From: Armatimonadota bacterium
GTDB taxonomy: Bacteria > Armatimonadota > SYMT01
NCBI GenBank assembly: GCA_041690135.1
Contig: JAWLHY010000024.1
Coordinates: 1-15,444 of the forward strand
DNA: 15,444 nucleotides
Direction: 5' to 3'
The position numbers were made by a program, and so were the translations under genes. The notes under the pieces are model-generated. The model worked only from the letters and a program-made list of their open reading frames with translations, was not told the origin of the DNA and ran no database searches. This document shows positions 1-9,395 of the stretch, piece after piece. How positions within the stretch are numbered: position 1 is the first letter of the stretch; each line of letters opens with the position of its first letter.

Positions 1-344
1 ACGCCCCCTCCCGGCCGTGGTGGGACCGACCAGTACTCCGACCGCGTGACAGATACCCCCGAATGGCTCTGCTCGCTCGCAGATTCGGGGTGAATCATGT
101 TGCTTCGCCAGGTGCGTTTCGCCGGGTGTGTGAGACATTCCCTACAGATACGTCTACACGGCCAACGGAACTCTGTCGGACGACCAGACGGCCTCTCGTA
201 GTGATTGCGGGAGTGTGGTTCCCAGTCGGAATCGTAATACCGGCACCCCGAGACGGGGTACACGCACGGGGTTGGCGTCGGGGGAGGGGCTGCGGAGAAT
301 CTTTTCGCGGTAGGACGTGCGTAAGCCGATTAGCCGTAGGGAGG

Positions 345-390
345 AGGGGGAGACAACGGGCTAGGATAAGCCCGTTGTCTCCCCCTTTCT
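345..390. terminator. Perfect 18-bp stem-loop (intrinsic terminator-like or REP-like)
   Basis: AGGGGGAGACAACGGGCT (345-362) / loop AGGATA / AGCCCGTTGTCTCCCCCT (369-386), followed only by a weak TTCT tail. Confidence 0.5.
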
Positions 391-515
391 GCGTTGCGGG
401 GGCACCGGGCGAACGGAACTCCGGCGGTCGATCGGGCGTTTGTTGAGGCACCTTCCTCACGCCATCTGCCTTAGCGGGTCCTTAGCGGCACCTTATCCGG
501 CGGCTAATTTCCCGT

Positions 516-544
516 TTGACCGGCGAGCAGGCCCGGTATATAAT
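516..544 (+). promoter_or_regulatory. sigma70-type promoter of nrdR-nrdJ
   Basis: TTGACC (516-521), 17 bp spacer, perfect TATAAT (539-544); predicted start at about 551. Confidence 0.85.
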
Positions 545-548
545 CACT

Positions 549-596
549 ACACCACATCTAGTGGGGAATTAGGGTGTGGCCTCCTAGATGTAGAGC
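549..596. promoter_or_regulatory. Tandem NrdR boxes
   Basis: ACACCACATCTAGTGG (549-564) and CTCCTAGATGTAGAGC (581-596) fit the NrdR-box consensus acaCwAtATaTwGtgt. Their starts are 32 bp apart, typical of NrdR box pairs, and they lie over the predicted start site upstream of nrdR/nrdJ. Confidence 0.88.
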
Positions 597-684
597 CGAC
601 TTGTTCAGTAGGCAAGAGGTTCGCGGGAGACGGAAACCCGCTAGAACGGGATCTCTTTTCCCCTTTGCCGCTCTCTCCGCCGCG

Positions 685-1194
685 ATGAAGTGTCCTTACT
701 GCCAGTTCCTCGAAGACAAGGTGCTCGACTCGCGGGTCGTCCGTGAAGGCGACGCGATCAAACGCCGGCGCGAGTGTTTGCAGTGCGGACGCCGGTTCAC
801 GACCTACGAGCACATCGAAGAGCGTCGGGTGATGGTGGTGAAGAAGGACGGGCGGCGCGAACCGTTCGACCGCCAAAAGATCCTGAACGGGCTGGAACTG
901 GCGTGCCGGAAACGCCCGGTGAGCATGGAAGCGCTCGAACGGACGGTGGACGAGATTGAGCGGGAGTTGTACGACCGCGGCGAGAATGAAGTGCCGGCCT
1001 CGGTCATCGGCGAGCGGATCATCGAAGCGCTGCGGAACCTGGACCCGGTGGCTTACGTGCGGTTTGCCTCGGTTTACCGGGACTTCCAGGACATCACGCA
1101 GTTCCACGAACTGCTCGACAAGCTGAGATCGGAATCCAGAAACCGGCGGGGGTTGGGCCGTCGTCGTGCCCAGAAACCACCGGGGAACGGATAG
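685..1194 (+). CDS. nrdR: Transcriptional repressor NrdR (Zn ribbon plus ATP cone)
   Basis: MKCPYC...VLDSR...IKRRRECLQCGRRFTTYE, VVKKDGRREPFDRQK and LDPVAYVRFASVYRDF signatures. Start moved to ATG 685, which gives the canonical MKCP N-terminus, rather than 574 in the ORF track. Confidence 0.97.
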   Translation: MKCPYCQFLEDKVLDSRVVREGDAIKRRRECLQCGRRFTTYEHIEERRVMVVKKDGRREPFDRQKILNGLELACRKRPVSMEALERTVDEIERELYDRGENEVPASVIGERIIEALRNLDPVAYVRFASVYRDFQDITQFHELLDKLRSESRNRRGLGRRRAQKPPGNG

Positions 1195-1440
1195 TGACAG
1201 GACGTTTTTGCCCCTCTCGCCCGATCTCGGGTTCGGAGGGCACGTTCGAAGGGGTAATCGGGGCGTAAAGAACTCCAGAGCCCATGGCGAAACGGCTGGC
1301 GCGACGACCGCGCCCGGCGTTCACCCATCCAATAGATCGATACCTGCCGCCGTGCTTCCGGCCTTTATGTGAAGGCGAGCGGCGCCACTGCCGGAGACCC
1401 GGCGTTAAAGTCTTACTACGAGCTACGAAGGACGTTCACC

Positions 1441-4269
<2,829 letters not shown>

Positions 4270-4295
4270 GCCCTTCGTTTAGGACGTTAGATCAA

Positions 4296-4328
4296 GAAGG
4301 GGAGGCAAACGCGAGTTGCCTCCCCTTC
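4296..4328. terminator. 13-bp stem-loop after nrdJ, probable terminator
   Basis: GAAGGGGAGGCAA (4296-4308) / ACGCGAG / TTGCCTCCCCTTC (4316-4328), about 27 nt after the stop codon; no strong U-tract. Confidence 0.6.
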
Positions 4329-4516
4329 GACGCATCTACTATCGGCTAAAAGGACGCGCGTCTGCCTTTTCACTTCCTGTCTCGGACTACATGGATCGGG
4401 GTCAGGATGAGCAAAGCGGGCCGGTGGTGGCGAGGAGCGGTGCCTCACCGTCGCCTTTCGGCCCCCTGTCCCGCGCTGCGCCGATAAGGACAAGGAGCAG
4501 GATAAGGATGACTGGA

Positions 4517-4606
4517 CCCTAAACCTGGCCTCAGGTAGCCAGTGGGGAGTTCGCTCTTCCACGCTTTCGGCCCCCTGTCCCCCAATCCTGGGGGAACTGA
4601 GTACCA
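4517..4606 (+). repeat. Left arm of ~90-bp inverted repeat containing a REP-like palindrome
   Basis: Core 4567-4606 TCGGCCCCCTGTCCCCCAATCCTGGGGGAACTGAGTACCA matches the reverse complement of 4842-4881 at 39/40. The outer part CCCTAAACCTGGCCTCAG also matches imperfectly. Confidence 0.9.
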
Positions 4607-4841
4607 GTTCGAGAAAAGACAACTAGAAATTGACCGGTGCCCCTTGGCGGCCGCCAACCCGGGCCAAACCTTGTTCCCAGCCATCCGAGTGAGCGAAGGC
4701 CGAACAAACTCTTGGGGCCGGACTCCGCCCCGGTCTTCTTACACTGCCGATCAGAGGTCAGCCCGCATCCACGGACTGGAAGTGGAGCAACAGGAAGCCG
4801 AATTAGGAGAGGCATAACGCCAACGTATCATTATGTTGTTG

Positions 4842-4932
4842 TGGTACTCAGTCCCCCCAGGATTGGGGGACAGGGGGCCGAGGGGGCGGAAGTTAGCACC
4901 TTTTCCTAGGCCAACTGCGGCCAAGTTTAGGG
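4842..4932 (-). repeat. Right arm of ~90-bp inverted repeat containing a REP-like palindrome
   Basis: TGGTACTCAGTCCCCCCAGGATTGGGGGACAGGGGGCCGA...CTGCGGCCAAGTTTAGGG is the reverse complement of the 4517-4606 arm; internal hairpin CCCCC-AGGATT-GGGGG. Confidence 0.9.
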
Positions 4933-5068
4933 CCTGGGGCCTAAGGCGCGGAAGGTTGCACCTGCTGGCGCAAAATGGTGAAAGGGCAACCAGTCTCCAC
5001 CAAGCCTGTGGGATGGACGCCACTAACTCACCATCACCTTCCGCCCAACCAATTCAGGAGCGCTTGCG

Positions 5069-5317
5069 ATGGAGCAACGGGAAAAGACAACCCGGCTCGT
5101 GAGGGGGACTACCCCCGAGATCCAAACGGCGGCGCAGGAGATGCGCCGGGAAATGACCCCGGCCGAAGAAGTCCTCTGGGAAGCCCTGCGCAAGAAGCAA
5201 TTCCTGGGGCTCCGGTTTCGTCGCCAACATCCCGTTGGGTTGTTTATTCTGGACTTCTATTGTCCGGCATTGAAGCTGGTGGTGGAGGTGGATGGACCCA
5301 ACCATCTCACCTGTTGA
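5069..5317 (+). pseudogene. DUF559 / Vsr-like endonuclease-domain protein, C-terminally truncated (82 aa)
   Basis: AQEMRREMTPAEEVLWEALR, GLRFRRQHPVG-FILDFYCP--KLVVEVDG--H are the family's N-terminal and catalytic motifs. The ORF stops three residues after the His and lacks the usual RD..L...G..VLRF tail. Confidence 0.8.
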
Positions 5318-5342
5318 CCGCGGCAAACGCCCATGCTACAAT
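5314..5342 (+). promoter_or_regulatory. sigma70-type promoter for tRNA-Ser
   Basis: TTGACC (5314-5319), 17 bp spacer, TACAAT (5337-5342) with extended -10 TG at 5334-5335; 23 nt upstream of the tRNA. Confidence 0.75.
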
Positions 5343-5365
5343 CCGGGCGACAAGAGAAGAGAGTT

Positions 5366-5453
5366 GGAGCGATGTCCGAGCTGGCTGAAGGAACACGCCT
5401 GGAACGCGTGTAGAGGGGAAACTCTCTCCAGGGTTCGAATCCCTGTCGCTCCG
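5366..5453 (+). tRNA. tRNA-Ser(GGA), long variable arm, CCA not encoded
   Basis: Acceptor stem GGAGCGA/TCGCTCC with discriminator G; anticodon stem CACGC/GCGTG with loop CT-GGA-AC (GGA at 5401-5403); variable arm AGAGGG-GAAA-CTCTCT; T-arm CAGGG-TTCGAAT-CCCTG. Confidence 0.97.
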
Positions 5454-5486
5454 TTTTGTAAAAGTGTGCTTCACTCCCCCAACTGC

Positions 5487-5531
5487 GGTGGCTGTTCCGG
5501 TTCCGGCCGAGAACAGCCGCCTTTTTGTTTT
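5487..5531 (+). terminator. Intrinsic terminator after tRNA-Ser
   Basis: GGTGGCTGTTC (5487-5497) pairs with GAACAGCCGCC (5511-5521), followed by TTTTTGTTTT. Confidence 0.8.
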
Positions 5532-5609
5532 CCTGGGGTGCCTGCCTGGGAGGGTGCCAGGAACAGTTCAGTCGTTCCGCCGCCTCGATCGGGATAACCG
5601 CCAACCACT

Positions 5610-6914
5610 ATGGCAAATAACCGCAGTGAAGAACCAGAGTGTTCGACCCTGGCATCGGCCCCACTGCCGCGGCGGGGTGAGCGGGTGCTGGTGGTGGCGC
5701 CGCATCCGGATGATGAGTCGCTGGGAACGGGGGGCCTGATCCACGAGGCGGCCCGGCGGGGCGCGGAAGTGCGGGTGGCTTACCTGACTTCCGGAGACGG
5801 CTTCCCACTGGCCGCCGCCGCACATTTCCGGCGGTGGCCGGACCAAAAGGTGCTGCGCCGCCTGGCGGAGGTGCGGCGAGGCGAGGCGGTGCGAGCCCTG
5901 CGGCACCTCGGGGTGGGGGAGGAGGCAGCGATCTTTCTGGGCTATCCGGATCGCGGGCTGGCCCCGCTCTGGCTGTCTGCCGGAGAAGATCCATTCCCGC
6001 CTGGGAAGTCTTCTCCAGGCGGAAAGCAGAAGTTCCGAGGAGACGCACCCACCCGCAGGACGCTGCTGACCCGACTCGATCAACTGCTGGAGGAGGTCCG
6101 GCCGGATTACCTCTTCTATCCGGACCCCGCGGACGACCATCCGGACCACTGGGCAGCTTATTGCTTCTTGCGCCTGGTGCTGGAGAGCCGCCGCCTGCGC
6201 GGATGCCCGGCGCCGCATGCCCAGCGTACCTATCTCATTCATCGTGGCTGCTGGCCCCGACCCCTTCAGGAGCGACCCGATCTGGCGCTCACACCGCCGG
6301 CGGAACTGACCGGGGTCGGAGTGCGCTGGGAAGAACTTCCGCTCTCCGGGGAAACTCTGGCAGCCAAGAGACAGGCACTCGGCGAGCACCGAACACAGCA
6401 GCGGCTGGTGGGTAACTTTTTCCGGGGCTTCGTCCGCCGGACCGAGCTCTTCTCGCGTTGGGACGAGCCGGGGAGTGGGGACGAGCGGGGCGGGGACACC
6501 GTCCGGCTGCGGGACCCCGTTGCCGACCGGTTCGGCCGCGCCCGGTGGGGAGGGGCGGACGTGGTCGAGATGGAGGTCCACAGGGGGAGATCCGGGGAAG
6601 CGGGCGGAGCGGTCGTCCTTCACCTGCGCGGGCCGGTGCGGGCCGGACTGGACTACCGCTTCTATTGGGTCACCGTGCTGTCCGATCCGACCCAGGCCCT
6701 GGTGCGCACCGTCCATTTGCGAACCGGTGGGGCCGGAAGTCAGTCCGCTCCCAGCGGACGTTGTGGGAGCGGATTCCGAGTGGTGCTACCGCCGGAGTCG
6801 CACGGCGCACCGCTTCTTGTCGCGGCCGAAGTGTGGTTGGGGGCCGTCCTCTTCGAACGCACCCCCTGGCGCATTGTCCCGGCGTATCAGTCGCCGCCCA
6901 GTTCCACCTGCTGA
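5610..6914 (+). CDS. PIG-L / LmbE family N-acetylglucosaminyl deacetylase with C-terminal extension
   Basis: VLVVAPHPDDESLGTGG, YLTSGD, RRGEAVRALRHLG, FLGYPD, DDHPDH metal-binding motifs and K..AL..H.TQ. Start codon position is uncertain (no clear SD). Confidence 0.88.
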   Translation: MANNRSEEPECSTLASAPLPRRGERVLVVAPHPDDESLGTGGLIHEAARRGAEVRVAYLTSGDGFPLAAAAHFRRWPDQKVLRRLAEVRRGEAVRALRHLGVGEEAAIFLGYPDRGLAPLWLSAGEDPFPPGKSSPGGKQKFRGDAPTRRTLLTRLDQLLEEVRPDYLFYPDPADDHPDHWAAYCFLRLVLESRRLRGCPAPHAQRTYLIHRGCWPRPLQERPDLALTPPAELTGVGVRWEELPLSGETLAAKRQALGEHRTQQRLVGNFFRGFVRRTELFSRWDEPGSGDERGGDTVRLRDPVADRFGRARWGGADVVEMEVHRGRSGEAGGAVVLHLRGPVRAGLDYRFYWVTVLSDPTQALVRTVHLRTGGAGSQSAPSGRCGSGFRVVLPPESHGAPLLVAAEVWLGAVLFERTPWRIVPAYQSPPSSTC

Positions 6915-7693
6915 AGGCTGGATGAGACATCCCGCTCCAGGATCGCGTTGGCGATCTGCATGAACTTGTAGCTGGCGTCGGTCACAAAGAAGCGGTGTTC
7001 CGCCGGCCCGCGCCGCGCCAGGCCTCGCTCTTCCAGCAGACGGGAGAGCTCCGCTACCGTCGGCTGTGCGGAATCGACCAGCGTCACGCCGGGCCCCATC
7101 ACCTGCCCCACCACTCCTTTGAGCAGCGGGTAATGGGTGCAGCCAAGGATCAGCGTGTCGACCGGCGTCCCCACGAAAGGACGAAGGTACTCCTCCGCCA
7201 TCAGCCGAGCCACGGGATGGTCCAGCAGATTCTCCTCGGCGATGGGTACGAACAGCGGGCAGGGTTCCCCCAGCATCCGGATCTCCGGCCGCATCTCCCG
7301 CGCCAGCCGCTCGTAGATCCCGCTGCGCACCGTCGAAACCGTGCCGATCACGCCGAGCACTCCCGAGCGAGTAGCTTCCACCGCTGCCCGGACCGTCGGG
7401 TGGACCACATCGAGGACCGGGATGTCGCCCGCGAGCTCCCGCACCGCCTGCGCGGCCGTGGCCGAAACGGTATTGCAGGCAATCACCAGTGCCTTTACTT
7501 CCTGCTGAAGCAGGAATTGCGCCAACTGAAGTGCGAAACGGGTGATGGTATCACTGCCGCGGGGGCCGTAGGGGACCCGGGCGGTGTCGCCCACATAGAG
7601 AACGCTCTCGTTCGGCAGCTGACGGAGAACCTCGCGGACTACCGTTAAGCCGCCGACCCCCGAGTCGAAAACACCAATCGGTCGCTCTGTCAC
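6887..7693 (-). CDS. murI: Glutamate racemase
   Basis: IGVFDSGVGGLTV, GDTARVPYG, catalytic IACNT and LGCTHYP motifs; GTG start; 268 aa. Confidence 0.97.
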   Translation of the reverse strand: MTERPIGVFDSGVGGLTVVREVLRQLPNESVLYVGDTARVPYGPRGSDTITRFALQLAQFLLQQEVKALVIACNTVSATAAQAVRELAGDIPVLDVVHPTVRAAVEATRSGVLGVIGTVSTVRSGIYERLAREMRPEIRMLGEPCPLFVPIAEENLLDHPVARLMAEEYLRPFVGTPVDTLILGCTHYPLLKGVVGQVMGPGVTLVDSAQPTVAELSRLLEERGLARRGPAEHRFFVTDASYKFMQIANAILERDVSSSLQQVELGGD

Positions 7694-8236
7694 AGATACT
7701 GCTCGCTTCTACCCTGATGCCCGCAGGGACGCCCACTTACCAGAACCCCAATACGCTTTCACAGCGTCCGGGGCGTCTAACGGTACTTGCCGGCCCCCTC
7801 AATCCAGCAAACATCGTCGGCACCCCACTCGGCCGTCCGCACCCGCGCTCGCCGGGTGCTTGGAGCCCGGGAGAAAGCCGACCTTCTGTGATAACTCGCA
7901 GCAAGTGCCTCGGGCAACTCCGCTTTGAAGGGATATCATTGCGCCAGGCTGTGGCGGAGGCAGCCGTGCCCCTGACTCCGACTAACGGCACGGCCCGATT
8001 GGGTAAAACCGGCAAACGCTGTTTCAGCAGCCGGAATGGGACGAACATGTTATCGAAGTCCGGTTCGATCTCTGTCCGTGATGATAGACCGCTTGCACGA
8101 CCCTGCAGCACGGGAGAAGACACCCGTCGTGGGAGTTGTGTGAAGTGAGAAACCGTCCATCACGGCCAGCGGCCGTTAAAATCCGGATAATGGAGTTATC
8201 AAGGCTGCTGCCAACCCACCGGATCTGGAGAGTACC

Positions 8237-9385
8237 GTGGAAACGAAGGTAGTACTGAACCCGGAGGATCTCCGACCGACCAGCCGCTTCCTGCGCCCGG
8301 CGCACTACGCGAGCAACGGGTCGAATGGAATGGTCCAGATGCTGGGCAACGAGGGGAGCCAGGCCACCCGCCAACCGGAGATCGCGGCGGAGGACCTGCG
8401 CGCGATGTACGACTGGATGGTGCGAGTCCGTGCGTTCGACACGCGGATGGTCAACCTCCAGCGTCAAGGGCGTATCGCCTTCTTCGTCCCGTCTACCGGA
8501 GAAGAAGCGGCACAGATCGGCACGGCGTGGGCGCTGCGCCCCGAAGACTGGGTATTCCCCGCCTATCGCGAGCAAGGCGTGGCCCTGTTCCGAGGCTATC
8601 CGCTCGACGCCCTGATTTGCCAGATGATGGGCAATGCGCAGGATTACATGAAGGGACGGCAGATGCCGGACCACTTCGGCACGCCGCGCATCCGCTTCAT
8701 GGCCGCATCAAGCCCGGTGGGCACCCAGATCCCGCACGCCGTGGGGGGGGCCTGGAGCGCCCGCCTCCGGCGCGAAGCCAGCGTTTCGGTGGTTTACTTC
8801 GGCGACGGGGCCACCTCCACAGGTGACTTCCACGCGGGCATGACTTTTGCCGCGGTGCAGCAGCTCCCGGTGGTGTTCTTCTGCAAGAACAACGGCTGGG
8901 CGATTTCGCTGCCTTACGCGAAACAGTGTCGCGCGGAACACCTGAGTGACAAGGCGATCGGCTACGGCATGCCGGGGGTTCGGGTGGACGGCAATGATGT
9001 CCTCGCGGTACAGGCCGTTGCTTCCGAAGCCATCGAGTGGGCGCGGTCGGGGAACGGACCGGTGTTCGTCGAGTTGATCACCCAGCGGATGGGACCCCAC
9101 TCGACCGCGGACGATCCCACGCGGTATCGGCCCAACGAACTGCTGGAACCGTGGAAGCAAAAGGATCCGCTCCACCGGTTCCGCTCCTACCTCGAGGGTC
9201 GCGGCCTGTGGACCGAGGCGGACGAGACGCGAGCCTGGGCCGAAGCCGATGCTCGAATCAACGCGGCGATCGAGCGCGTAGAGCCTGTCGGGCCGCCTCC
9301 GCTGGAGTCGATCGTGGAGGATGTGTACGCCGAAGTGCCGTGGCACCTGCGGGAGCAACTGGACGAGTTGAAGCGAGAAGGTTGA
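8237..9385 (+). CDS. bkdA1: 2-oxoacid dehydrogenase E1 alpha subunit (probably branched-chain / 2-oxoisovalerate type)
   Basis: QRQGRI, PAYRE, KGRQMPDH, TPP motif GDGATSTGDFH...CKNNGWAIS, RMGPHSTADDP. GTG start with GGAGAG SD; ATG 8330 is an alternative start. Substrate assignment is an inference. Confidence 0.88.
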   Translation: METKVVLNPEDLRPTSRFLRPAHYASNGSNGMVQMLGNEGSQATRQPEIAAEDLRAMYDWMVRVRAFDTRMVNLQRQGRIAFFVPSTGEEAAQIGTAWALRPEDWVFPAYREQGVALFRGYPLDALICQMMGNAQDYMKGRQMPDHFGTPRIRFMAASSPVGTQIPHAVGGAWSARLRREASVSVVYFGDGATSTGDFHAGMTFAAVQQLPVVFFCKNNGWAISLPYAKQCRAEHLSDKAIGYGMPGVRVDGNDVLAVQAVASEAIEWARSGNGPVFVELITQRMGPHSTADDPTRYRPNELLEPWKQKDPLHRFRSYLEGRGLWTEADETRAWAEADARINAAIERVEPVGPPPLESIVEDVYAEVPWHLREQLDELKREG

Positions 9386-9395
9386 GGAGCCGGAC

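Noticed and set aside
1327-1342. Possible extra NrdR box (ATCCAATAGATCGATA) before nrdJ
   Set aside because: Mismatches in the central AT and the right half-site, and no partner box about 31-32 bp away.
1380-1405. GCCACTG...GGAGACC resembling cobalamin riboswitch fragments upstream of nrdJ
   Set aside because: The GGGAA core and four-way junction elements are not found at the expected spacing; it looks like a simple GCCGG/CCGGC hairpin.
4455-4963. CRISPR array
   Set aside because: The repeats are inverted, few and irregularly spaced, and there are no cas genes.
4287-5102. Short ORFs across the repeat region (e.g. 4542-4817, 4637-4909, 4833-5102)
   Set aside because: They translate the repeats themselves (shared peptides such as SPPRIGGQGAE) and lack family motifs or start signals.
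5366-5610. Integrative element inserted at the tRNA-Ser 3' end
   Set aside because: No integrase and no duplicated tRNA 3' fragment in the window; the terminator follows the tRNA directly.
8052-8069. LexA (GAAC-N4-GTTC) SOS box
   Set aside because: Reads GAAG-N4-GTTC with a mismatch at a key position, and the flanking genes are not SOS genes; kept only as a generic palindrome.
7717-8148. 143-aa plus-strand and 128-aa minus-strand ORFs in the murI-E1a gap
   Set aside because: No motifs, and codon usage differs from neighbouring genes; treated as non-coding.
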